Source: Squalus acanthias (Eukaryota). From it: DNA of 64,000 nucleotides. The position numbers were made by a program, and so were the translations under genes. Location of the stretch: assembly GCA_030390025.1 (NCBI GenBank), contig CM059433.1, forward strand, positions 17,114,001 to 17,178,000, written 5' to 3'. Below are positions 47,972-59,139 of the stretch, piece after piece (the first letter of the stretch is position 1; each line of letters begins with the position of its first letter). The notes below the pieces were generated by a model. The model did not search any database and was not told where the DNA came from. It worked only from the letters and a program-made list of their open reading frames with translations.

Positions 47972-48085
47972 TGTATTCCTGGTTTTACCTTTCAACACGC
48001 TCTTTCCTGCTCCCTTCTTTCAGAGAGAAAAAACACAACACCCTCCGGTCCCCCCAACCGGAACCTTACAACTCCTAACTCTGTG

Positions 48086-48103
48086 ATCCCACTTCTGACA
48101 CCA
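48086..48103 (-). promoter_or_regulatory. Primer binding site, tRNA-Leu
   Basis: TGGTGTCAGAAGTGGGAT just inside the 5' LTR, complementary to the tRNA-Leu (CAA/CAG) 3' end ATCCCACTTCTGACACCA. Confidence 0.9.
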
Positions 48104-48104
48104 C

Positions 48105-48915
48105 GGTAAGATTTGGATCACAGGTCACACACAGATTACCCAAAGGGTCTTAGGAGTTGTAAGGCTTTTTATTAAAGAGCTACAGTTTAAGCATAACCAG
48201 ATATTACATATGGCTTAAGCTGAGTATAATAGACCCGTGACAGTAGAGAGCGATCTACGACTCCCGAAGCGGAATGCCACGACTGGACGGACGGTTAGTT
48301 AGATGTCTGATGAGACAGCGTGGAGGTCTCGGGTTAGCGGGTCTCTGCAGTCAGTAACAGCAGTCACTTCTGTTGATTCGTCCCCCGAGCTGTTGGAGGT
48401 GTTAGGCATAAGCCAGCATTGATCCACCTCACAGGCTAAACTTAGTCAAGGTGTTAGGCCTGAGCCAGCATTGATTTCCACCTCGAAAAAGCCTTCGCCC
48501 CTCGCTGTCTGATTTCCCCTCTCGGTGGTCTATATAGTTATTTCGGTGGGCTGGTGGATACCTGGTGTCAATCATTTGTACCCCATCCGATTGTCCAATT
48601 AGAAGGGAGAGGCTACCTATGGCAGCCCCCTCCCAGCCTCATGAGGTCATTTTCCTCCTTATCTCTGTTCTAAAGGTCTTGTTGCCCTCTTTGTAGACAG
48701 CTTGTTTATCCTACAGCTCCTTGCTACATCCCTTATCAGGCCTAGTTATGCCCACTCGAAGGCCTGTTTTTTGTGTTCTGACCTTGTAATTCAACTCTCT
48801 GTACAGCTATTTTTCTGACGTGACTGGAATCTTTCTGTGTCATCAACTTAGGCAAACTGCTGATCTAGGGAACCTGTAACAGACTATTATTTCTTTTAAT
48901 CCACGATTTCTTACA
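48105..48915 (-). repeat. 5' LTR (~811 bp)
   Basis: Direct repeat of 38223-39044, with roughly 20-25 substitutions and 4 indels counted by eye. Confidence 0.95.
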
Positions 48916-49014
48916 CAGCGCAAAGCTGAAATGAGACACATCACAAAAGAATCCAAACTGAATTAATAAATTTATCAATAATCAGTGAACACATATTTAC
49001 AACAAAAATATTAA

Positions 49015-50890
49015 CTATTCACTCTTGTGCAATACCTTAATGCCTGTCGTTACTGTGCCATTGCCTACTCTAGTGCTCCTATGAAGTGTTGGTCCAGTGG
49101 ATGCAGCAGGGCTGGTGGAAGGCTGCTGAATGTCCATACGGGAGACTTTCACCAGCCCTGCAGGACGCCCTCGACCAGCTCTGAGCCTGGAAAGCCTGGC
49201 TGTAGACTGCACCACCTCAGCGTGGGCGGCAGCAGTCTGGGCTGGCTGGATGACAGGCAGCGACAAGGGCAATGGTGGAGTGGCAGTGGTGGGTGCAGGA
49301 ATGCTGTCATCCTGAGCGAGGACAGCAGGTTCCTTCTCCACCGACCCACTGCCACTCCCCTGGGGCAGCACCTCAGCATCCCTAGCAATCTGTTGGAGCA
49401 CAGATTGCTGGCCTGCTGCGACACCGTGAAAGCCCCGGTCGACAGTGGTAGACCCAGCCATGATGGCAGCAGTCAGATCTTGCGTGGCATCAAGCTGAGA
49501 CTGCATGAGAGCAGTCTGAGATTGGATGCCACCAAGCATAGACTGCATTACAGCACTAAGACATTGCATCGCTTCCGCCTGTGCTGCAATGGAAGCTGCC
49601 AGATCGCCCATCACGTGGCATCAGGTCTGGGTCGCCATGGTCTCTCTGGGAGTCTACCATCCTTTGCAGACTGGAAATGATGGGCTCCATGATGTGCGCA
49701 GAGCCCTGTGCAATGTTGGAGGTGGACTCCTCCATGCTCCTTGTCATTGCCGACAGGCTCTCGAGCACCCTTGCCATTGCACCTATCATCTCGGTGTGCA
49801 TGCCCATCACCCTTCCTCTAAAAGCCTCCCCATCGAGGTCCTCATCTGAGTCCTATGCAGCAGAACTTGCCCTCCGGGGAGCTGGCCCCCAAGCTACCCT
49901 TTCCCCCTGGCCTTGCTGCAGCCCACTCATCCCCGGTGCCTCACCCTGTGCAGATCCCGCTACTATACTAGCCTCTAAAAAATGCGTAGTGCTAGTATCT
50001 GAGCTGGTGACTTCGGGTGAAACATGCAGTGTGTTCTTCCTCCTCCTCTTCTGACTCGCTCTCCATGGTGCCCTCAGGGACAGGCTGCTCAGGTGCTTGA
50101 TCATTATTTGAAAGCATAAAGGCACAAGAGTCGGGTTAAGGTGAGGGGAGGGGGGCAGGACGGGAGAAATTCATGCAGCATGATTAGCTGGAAAGTGCGA
50201 AACGTTTGTGGAGTGAGGGGGAAGTGGGATGTGAGAAGAACGAGTAGGGATGAACATACTGTTGTCCCCAAGGAGGTCAACGTCGCCGGTGGCCATGGCT
50301 CCCACCACCTGGCGCCCAATAATCTGCAGCACTCTATTCTCCAGCGCAGACAGTGGTTGGGTGTCGGCTTGTCCCCCGCCTGTGTGCTCCTGCTCCCTCG
50401 TGTTGTGAGCCACCTTCGCCTGCAAGAGAAAGGAAATTGTGTGAGTGAGTGTGGAGCAATGTGTTTGGGTGATGTGCCTGCCATAGTTGAATAGCCGTCA
50501 TTGTGTGCAAGGTGTGAGATGTGGGTGTGAATGTTGGTAGGTAGAGATTGTTGGTGGGTGAGTGCTGGGGGTGTGCTGCTTTGGGCAGTGTGTGAAGACT
50601 GTGGTTCTGATGGTGGTATGTAGCATTTGTTGAAGCATTGATTCACTCTGACCACCCCAGTGAGGTCGTTAAATTTCTTCCTGCACTGTGTGTGGGTCCT
50701 GGGGACCACAGTGCTGCCCGAGATGTGCTGCGCTACCTCCCTCCACATGGTGCGGAAGACTTGCGGCGAGGGCCTCCTGCCACTTGTTGGGTAGAGCATC
50801 GCCCTCCGTCTCTCCACAGCGGACACCAACGCCTCCAATGCTTGATTGCAGAATCTGTGGGCTCTCTCCCTGGGGTGTGGATCTGTTATG
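49015..50890 (-). pseudogene. Harbinger Myb/SANT-like DNA-binding protein gene, three exons
   Basis: Exon 1 ends at 50647 (LEALVSAVERRRAMLYP...WREVA...RTHTQCRKKFNDL, donor GTGAAT). Exon 2 is 50419-50260 (TGGGQA). Exon 3 starts at ~50107 (acceptor reads CAA) and has frameshifts. Confidence 0.82.
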
Positions 50891-51246
50891 AGTACAGCTG
50901 CTTCAGTCGTCCAGCTCCTTCTCCTTGACCTGCTGCTGCTGCTTCTTGCTGAGGCAGCTGCACAGCCAGCAAATACTGAGAATGAGGTTCTGCAGTATCA
51001 ATGAACCTCCCCTTTAAGTACTGAAAAAAGCCTGTGGCAATCATGACTTGCGATTAGACTGCAGCTGATATTGGTCCGTAATGCCAATGAGCTTGGGCTT
51101 AAAGACTTGAATTAGGACTCTAATCATTTCTTTCAGCAGTGATCACGAATTTTGCGTGCAGTCTAAAGCATTAGCGCCCGGCGCTAATTCTCCCAACTTT
51201 TCTCATGATACCGCCCATTTCTGGGCGATAATGAATTTCTAGCCCC

Positions 51247-52113
51247 TTGTGTTTAGTATCTCAGTGGTTCTTGTTCAGCTTGAGTAAATAATTAAACTTT
51301 GGTTAGTGAGTGTGGAGTTAGTGAGGAGTGAGGAGTGAATAGAAAAATAGCAGTGTAGTTTAGACCTAGTTAACTGGCAATTATATAAATAATCACCTTT
51401 TATCTAAGGAGTTTATTTTAAGTTTCTAATTAGAATGGAGGGAAAGCTGCGATCCGTAGCCTGCAATTCCTGCGCCATGTGGGAACTTCAGGGCGTTTCA
51501 TATGTCTCGGGTGCTCATGTTTGCAGGAAGTGCCTCCAGCTGCTCGAACACACGCTGAGGGTTTCTGAGCTTGAGACGCAGCTGGATTCACTGCATGGCA
51601 TACGGGGTGGCTGAATGTTTCCTCGATCACAGGTTCCAGGAGGTGGTCACCCCCACAGCCAGATAGTGTTCAGAATAGCAAGTGGGTGGTCATGCGGAAG
51701 GGTAGGAGAAGGCAGGCAGTGCAGGAATCCTCTGTGAGTGTGGCACTCTCAAACCAATACCGGTCAGGGGGATGACACCTCGAAGGAGGGCAGTCCTGAG
51801 CCTGGCACCCTGAGGCAAAGGACTGTACAGGGGGGGGGGGTGGGGGGGGCGGGTACAGCAAAGTGTAGGAATGCAGTAGTAATTGGGGATTGGATAGTTA
51901 GGAGGACAGATGGGCAGTTCTGTTACCGTATGGTATGTTGCCTCCCTGGTGCCAGGGTAAGGGACATCACAGAAAGAGTGCCGAACATTCTGTGGGGGGG
52001 AAGGGGACGAGCCAGAAGTCGTGGTCCATGTCAGAACCAACGACATAAGGAGGAAGCAGACTCGATGGGCAGAATGGCCTCCTTTTGTGCTGTACTATTT
52101 TATGATTCTATGG
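51247..52113 (+). mobile_element. CR1 5'UTR/ORF1 (zinc finger plus SGNH esterase) fused to a CR1 3' tail; 36305-36479 is probably its 5' end
   Basis: CNSCAMWE, HVCRKCLQL...RVSELETQL, VVIGDWIVR, VCCLPGARVRDI and VVVHVRTND, followed directly by ATGGGCAGAATGGCCTCC...TATGATTCTATG. Confidence 0.8.
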
Positions 52114-52286
52114 TAAGAGATTTTCTAGAATGGTACTAGGGAGGAGGGACTTAAGTTATGTGGAGAGACTGGAGAAGCTGAGGTTGTTCTCCTTGGAGCA
52201 GAGAAAGTTAAGAGAAGATTTGATAGAGGCGTTCAAAATCTTGAACGATTTTGATAGAGTAAATAAAGAGAACCTGTTTCCAGTTG

Positions 52287-53254
52287 CATAGAGTTATACA
52301 GCACAGAAAGAGGCCCTTCGGTCCATCGTGTCCGCACCGGCCATCAAGCCCTATCTATTCTAATCCCATTTTCCAGCACTTGGTCTGTCGCCTTGTATGC
52401 TATGGCGTTTCAAGTGCTCATCTAAATGCTTCTTGAATGTTGTGAGGGTTCCTGCCTCTACCACCCTTTCAGGCAGTGAGTTCCAGATTCCAACCACCCT
52501 CTGGGTGAAAAAGTTTTTCCTCAAATCCCCTCTAAACCTCCTGCCCCTTACCTTGAAACTATGCTCCCTGGTTATTGACCCCTCTACTAAGGGGAAAAGT
52601 TCCTTTCTATCTACCCTATCTATGCCCCTCATAATTTTGTACACCTTAATCAGGTCCCCCCTCAGCCTTCTCTGCTCTAAGGAAAACAACCCCAGCCTGT
52701 CCAGTCTCTCTTCATAGCTGAAGCGCTGCAGCCCAGGTAACATCCTGGCGAATCTCCTCTGCACCCTCTCCAATGCAATCACATCCTTCCTATAGTGTGG
52801 CGACCAGAACTGCACACAGTATTCCAGCTGTGGCCTAACTAGCATTTTGTACAGCTCCATCATAACCTCCCTGCTCTTCTATTCTATGCCTCGGCTAATG
52901 AAGGCAAGTATCCCATATGCCTTTTTTAACCACCTTATCTACCTGTCCTGCTGCCTGCAGCGATCTATGTACATGCACACCAAGGTCCCTCAGATCCTCT
53001 GTCCTTCCCAGGGTCCTACCATTCATTGTGTATTCCCTTGCCTTGTTAGTCCTCCCAAAATGCATCACCTCACACTTTTCGGGGTTAAATTCCATTTGCC
53101 ACTGTTCTGCCCATCTGACCAACCCTTCTATATTGTCCTGTAGCCTGAGACTTCCCTCCTCGCTATTTACCACTCCACCAATTTTCGTGTCATCTGCGAA
53201 CTTACTGATCATACCTCCTACATTCATATCTAAATCATTAATGTACACTACAAA
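52287..53254 (-). mobile_element. CR1 LINE, 5'-truncated
   Basis: ORFs 52895..53281 (YINDLD, KFADDTKIGG) and 52360..52863. Confidence 0.93.
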
Positions 53255-53273
53255 GCAGAAGGGACGGTAACCA

Positions 53274-53881
53274 AACTGCAATTATATAGGGCCTTGGTGA
53301 GACTACGCCTGGAGTACTGTGTACAGTTTTGGTCTCCTTACCTAAGGAAGGATATACTTGCCTTAGAGGGAGTGCAACAAAGGTTTACTAGATTGATTCC
53401 TGGGATGAGAGGATTATCCTATGAGAAGAGATGGAGTAGGCTAGGCCTATATTCCTAGAGTTTAGAAGAATGAGAGGTGATCTCATTGAAACATATAAAA
53501 TCCTTAAGGGGCTCCACAGGGTAGATGCAGAGAGGATGTTTCCCCTGGCTGGGGAGTCTAGAACTAGGGGACACAGTCTCAGAATAAGGGGTCAGCCACT
53601 TAGGACTGTGATGAGGAGAAATTTCTTCACTCAAAGAGTTGTGACTCTTTGGAATTCTCTACCTCAGAGGGCTGTGGATGCTCAGTCGTTGAGTATATTC
53701 ACGCCAGAGATTGATAGATTTTTGGATACTAAGGGAATTGAGGGATATGGGGATAGGGTGGGAAAGTGGAGTTGAGGTAGAAGATCAATCATGATTTAAT
53801 TGAATGGCGGAGCAGGCTCGAAGGACCGAATGGTCGTCTCCTGCTCCTGTTTCTTATGTTGTTATGTTGCTATGTTCTTAT
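53274..53881 (+). mobile_element. CR1 LINE 3' fragment with 7-bp TSD
   Basis: ORF 53470..53775; GTAACCA at 53267-73 and 53882-88. Confidence 0.93.
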
Positions 53882-55759
53882 GTAACCAGACCACACAGAT
53901 TTAAGGTGATTGGCAAAAGAACCAGAGACAACATGAGGAAACATTTTTTTTACACAATGAGTTGTTGTGAACTGGAATGGACTTCCTGAAAAGGTGGTGG
54001 AAGTAGATTCAATAGTCACATTCAAAAGGGAATTGGATAAATACTTGAAGAGAAAAAATTTACAGGGCTATGGGTAAAGAGCAGGTGAGTGGGATTAATT
54101 GGATCGCTCTACCAAAGAGCCGGCACAGGCACAATGGGCCGAATGGTCTCCTTCTGTGCTGTATCACTCTATGTTTCTATGATAACAGCTACCCCACTTA
54201 AGAACACTTGTGTTTTTGGTTCCATTCTACATTTTTTACTCTAGATTTTTTTGACTCTGATATCTCGGATCACTGTCTTTGTTGAGTCCCAACTGCCTAA
54301 GGCCTTAGAAAGTGACTTCATTAGTCTTACTATCTTGGTAAAAAATTGGTACCACACTTGAGACAATTAACTTTTGAAGCTACTGTAATTATTCCTATGC
54401 TTCCACAAGATGTATTTTCAGTCCTCAGTAAGTTATCGAGCATCACATCAGAATTTGTTCTGGTTTTTAACCGTTAGCAAATGAATTAAATTCATAATGA
54501 AGTGAATATGTATCAATAATGTATATATGTTTACTTACAGTAGAAATTCTACCATCTGTCTCCTTGAAGGGGAAGTAACAAAGGGTTACAAACTATACAG
54601 CTGTATCTCCTTGTGAACTGTGCGAGCTAGCTAAAATCTACCTCATCTATGAAGACCTCAGTTCGTTATCTTGTTCCACCCTCTCACATCTCCTTTAAAA
54701 TTCTTTGGTCTCTATTGCCACCAAGCTCCTTCCTGAGTTTCTCCCCAAGATAGCCTCCATCAACCTCTGTCCCCGCGCGACTCATCCTCAGTGATTTCAA
54801 TCTCCATCTCCACTCACCTTGTCTTCTTTCCTTTGGTTCATAGCCCTCCTGTCCTCCCTAAACCTCTCTATCCATATAAGCTCCTCTTCTCATGTTCACA
54901 GCCACCTTTTCAGCCTTGCAAACTCAGGGCCTCTCTACTCCCAGGATCTTGATCACAAACAAGGCCTTCTCTGACCAGTTGCTTGTATCTCTCACCATCC
55001 ATATCCCCCTATCCCCTTCCAACCTCACTTCCTTCTGTGTCTTCTGTGTTCACCCCTGGAAAAAAGAACAACCCCCCCCCCCCCCCCCCCCACCTCGAGT
55101 CATTTACAATTGTACTTTCAAACTCCTAACTGCCTAGTCCTTTGGCTTTCCATTCACCACAATACTCCTGCAGCTGTTGATCTGCTCAACTACTCCCTCA
55201 CCTCCTCTTTTGATGCCTTTGTCCCGAGTAAAACCTCACTCTCTCCATGACCCTCATCTTCACTCCCTTAGGTCCAGGGGGCACAGACTTGAGCATATCT
55301 GGCACACAATTAGTTTAGCCACCCATCACCAGATCTAGTTGGACCACATCAAGCACTATTGGGCCTAACAATTCTCTGTCAAAACCATCCAGTACTCCAG
55401 GATCATACTGGAGAGCAACGATAACCCACAGTTTTTTTCTGCAGCTTCAACCTCTCCCCCCGCCCCCTCCACCCTCGCTTCCAACAACAAGTGCAAGGAG
55501 CTCATGGACTTCTTTGTCACTAAGATTGAGACCATACGTTCAGCTGCCTCTGCCACTTCCCCACCCACCCCCAACTCTAGCCCTGATCCTATGTCCTTCT
55601 CTAGTTTCTCTCCTTTTCTTGTCCATGAGACCCACTTCCAGTTCCCTTGAACCCATTTGCACTAAACTGCTGACCACCCAAATTCCCTTCCTGGACTCCA
55701 TGCTAGCTGACATTATAACTGGTTCCCTCTTCTCAGGTACTGTCCCCCTCCCTTTAAAA

Positions 55760-56003
55760 AGAGAGTGGTGAGAATGTGGAACTCGCTACCATGTAGAGTA
55801 GTTGAGACGAATAGCATAGATGCATTTAAGGGGAAACTAGATAAGTACATGGGGGAGAAAGGAATAGAAGGATATGTTGATAGGGTAAGATAAAGTAAAT
55901 AGAGTGGGGAGAGGCTTGGGTGGAGCATAAACACCGGCATAGATCAGTTGGGTTGAATGGCCTGTTTCTGTGTGTAAATTCTATGTCTATCTCTATGTCA
56001 ATG
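55760..56003 (+). mobile_element. CR1 3' end fragment
   Basis: RVVRMWNSLP...AFKGKLDKYM followed by a CTATGT tail. Confidence 0.85.
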
Positions 56004-56562
56004 TCAAAATAGCCATCATAAACCACCCCCCAAAAAAATCCTCGATCTCTCTCTGTCTTTCGAAGCTACCATGCCATCTCTAACTTCCCATTCCTCTCCA
56101 CTCCTTGAACGTGTTCTTGTCTCCCAAATCTGAAAACATGGCAAACTATTTTCTGCAACTCCACATTTGACTCTCCAATCAGGTTTCTGCTCCTTCCACA
56201 GCATTGAAGCGGCCCTAATTAAAGTAACAAATGCTGTCTTCTGTGACTGTGATGGTGCATTTTCTCTTGTCCTCCTTGCAGCCTTTGACATGGTTGACCA
56301 CAGCATCCTCTTTCAATGCCTCTTCGCCGTTGTCCAGCTGAGTGGGACTGACCTTGCTTCATTCCACTCTTATTTATCAAATTGTAGCCTTGCTTCCCCA
56401 GCAATGGCTTTTCATCCTGCACGTGCACCATTACTACAGGAGTCCTCCAAGGATCTATTCTTGGTCCCCTTCCTTTTTCTCGTGTATACGTTGCCCTTTT
56501 GTGACACCATCTGCAGACATGGGATCAGCATGCACATGTACGCTGATCACACCCAGCTCTAC

Positions 56563-57027
56563 AGTGTCAGCTGTGGCTCAGTGGGTAGCACACTCGCCTC
56601 TGAGTCAGAAGGTTGTGGGTTCAAGTCCCACTCCAGGGACTTGAGCACATAAAGCTAGGCTGACATTCCCATGCAGTGCTGAGGGAGTGTTGGACGGTGC
56701 CGTCTTTTGGATGAGACGTTAAACCGAGGCCCCGTCTGCTCTCTCAGGTGGATGTAAAAGATCCCATGGCACTATTTCGAAGAAGAGTAGGGGAGTTATC
56801 CCCGGTGTCCTGGGCCAATATTTATCCCTCAACCAACATAACAAAAACAAATTATCTGGTCATTATCACATTGCTGTTTGTGGGACCTTGTTTGCGCAAA
56901 TTGGCCGCCTCGTTTCCCACATTACAACAGGGACTCCACTTCAAAAAGTACTTCATTGACTGTAAAGCGCTTTGAGACGTCCGCTGGTCGTGAAAGGTGC
57001 TATATAAATGCAAGTCTTTCTTTCTTT
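56563..57027 (+). mobile_element. Full-length tRNA-derived Deu-domain SINE (SacSINE1-like)
   Basis: A box TGGCTCAGTGG (56574), B box GGTTCAAGTCC (56618), central domain shared with the copies at 6927 and 62063, and an L2-like tail with TCTT repeats. Confidence 0.88.
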
Positions 57028-57529
57028 ACTTTTCCATCACCGCTCTTGACCCCTCGACTGCCTCTGTGTTGTCAGACTACTTATCCAATGTTCAGTCCCA
57101 GATGAGCTGCAATTGCCTTCCGTTAAATATTGGGAAGACCAAAGCCATTGTCTTTGGCCCCCATCACATACTCAGTGTACACACCACTGATTCCATCCAC
57201 CTCCCCAGCCACTGCCTCAGATTGAACTGGTCTATTTGCAACCTTGACATCCTATTCGACCCTGAGTGACTGCCACTTCCCTTAGCCCATCTGCTGCTGA
57301 CACCCTCATTCATGTTTTTGTCGCCTCCAGATTCAACTATTCCAGTGCTCTTCCGGCCATCCTCCCATCCTTCACACTTAGTAAGCTTTAGCTAATCCAA
57401 AACTCAGCTCTCCCTATCCTATCCTGCATTAAGTTACGCATACCCAATACTCCTGGCCTCTGCATCCCTCTGTCCCTTTCGTCCCACTATTGGCGGCCGC
57501 ACATTCATCCGCCTAGGCTCCAATCTGGA

Positions 57530-57788
57530 AATAAAAAGCTATCAGTAAAAGTGATCATGAAGCTGTCAGATTGTCGTAAAAACCCAACTGGTTCATTACT
57601 GCACTTTAGGAAAGGAAATCTGCCGTCCTTACCTGGTCTGGCCTATAATAGACTCCAGTCCCATACCAATGTGCTTCACTCTTAACTGCCTTCTGAAGTG
57701 GCCCAGTAAGCCACTCAGTTGTATCAAATCCGGGCAACTAGGGGTGAGCAATAAATGCCAGCGACACCCACATTCCAGAATGAATAAA
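57530..57788 (+). mobile_element. SINE 3' part (LF-SINE-like by recall)
   Basis: GTAAAAACCCAACTGGTTCA...AGGAAATCTGCCGTCCTTACCTGGTCTGGCC core; the tail matches the 3' end of the LINE at 61745-61818. Confidence 0.6.
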
Positions 57789-58482
57789 GACAGCCTGGAA
57801 TTACCTCTCTAAATCCCTCTGCCTCGTTACCGCCCTCTCCTCCATTAAGACCCTCCTTAAAACCTACTTCTTTTACCAAGCTTTTGGTCATCCCATCTTT
57901 GGCTCGGCATTCGTTTTTTTGTTTGGCCTCTGTGAAGTGCCTTGGGATGTTTTCCTGTATTAACGGTACTATGTAAGTACAAGTTGTTGTTTGGAGAACT
58001 ATTCCTGATTCGGTGCTTTTTATAGCTTTGACCTGTTGCCAAGGCTCATTAAGAAATTCATAACTTTGAGTTTCATTCAAAAAGCTAACCGGCTGTCACA
58101 TTCATGACTGAAGCAATCACACATTCTGTATATATTTGAAAATTGTGGGTTCAAGCCCCTCCCAAACCTGTTGCCAGATAAATTATAATCACAAACTTAG
58201 CAACGTTTGTAACAAAATAGGTTGAGACTGCACATCTGACTTTTTAAATTCTCATGTGTGATTTAAAGGGACAGCTACCAGACCAGTTGCCTGGTATTTA
58301 TCACAGGCATCTTTTGCTAAACATCAAGTTTTCTCCATTTAATTTTTTGTTATTATTTATTTGAGACTACCTTCTGATTTAAATGCAAGATGTTTATTCG
58401 AATAAAGTTTTGTCTGTGTTACTATTCGAACCTTGTATCTGATTCTTTTGCCCGTTATGATCAACCCAGTCATGTATCAATA

Positions 58483-59012
58483 ACCTTATCTGAGGAAGGA
58501 TGTTCTTGCCATGGAAGGAGTTCAGCGAAGATTCACAAGGCTGATACCTGGGATGGCAGGAATGATGTATGAAGAGAGATTGGGTCGATTGGGCTTATAC
58601 TCGCTGGAGTTTAGAAGAATGAGAGGGGATCTCATTGAAACTTATAAAATTCTGACAGGACAGGACAAACTAGATGCAGGAAGGATGTTCCCGATGGTTG
58701 GGGAGTCCAGAACCAGGGGTCACAGTCTAAGGATAAGGGGTAAGCCATCTAGGACAGAAATGAGGAGGAATTTATTCACCCAGAGAGTGGTGAACCTGTG
58801 GAATTCTCTGCCACAGAAGGCAGTAGAGGCCAATTCATTAAATAGATTCAAGAAGGAGATAGATATATTTCTTAAGGCTAAAGGGATCAAGGGATATGGG
58901 GAGAAAGCAGGGACAGGGTACTGAATTTGGATGATCAGCCATGATCGCATTGAATGGCGGAGCAGGCTTGAGGGGCCGAATGGCCTACTCCTGCTCCTAT
59001 CTTCTATGATTC
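58483..59012 (+). mobile_element. CR1 LINE 3' fragment
   Basis: ORF 58511..58924 followed by the tail. Confidence 0.93.
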
Positions 59013-59139
59013 TTTACGTGTATAAATATTGCATGTTACTGCAATAGTACTTGGGTGATATAATTAGGTATGTAATTTCAGGTATTTGATAAAAGTTTTC
59101 AAATTTTGTATTCTTTCCCCCCCCACCACTACCTCCGGG

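Larger units (their letters stand above)
38223..48915 (-). mobile_element. Retrovirus-like LTR provirus (gag, pro, truncated RT, env-like relic), non-autonomous
   Basis: Paired LTRs, CAGC duplication (38219-22, 48916-19), PBS, PPT and coding relics as listed in the following features. Confidence 0.92.
36480..51246. mobile_element. Two-gene PIF/Harbinger transposon (~4 kb once the provirus is removed)
   Basis: Transposase on plus and Myb/SANT gene on minus, convergent. Right end AATTTCTAGCCCC at 51246. Left end GGGGAAACATTT is only a weak match, so that boundary is uncertain. Confidence 0.85.
34340..54182 (+). mobile_element. Old CR1 LINE fragmented into 34340-35609, 36241-36304, 52114-52288, 53255-53273 and 53882-54182
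   Basis: The pieces read as one colinear ORF2: ...LVRPQLEY / CVELWAQLVRKDVKAREKV / KRFSRMV...LFPVA / EGTVT / RPHRFKVIGKR..., then the tail. Confidence 0.8.
54700..57990 (+). mobile_element. Decayed L2 LINE with three nested insertions
   Basis: DFNLH, QSGFCSFHSIEAALIKVTN...AAFDMVDHSIL, YADHTQLY, LNIGKTKAIVFG; L2-type tail ending AAGTTGTTGTT. Confidence 0.85.

Noticed and set aside
48086..48103. tRNA-Leu fragment
   Set aside because: Only the 3' 18 nt including CCA are present, next to an LTR, so it is a primer binding site.
56563..56640. tRNA gene
   Set aside because: The A and B boxes belong to a SINE head that continues into the repeated body and tail.
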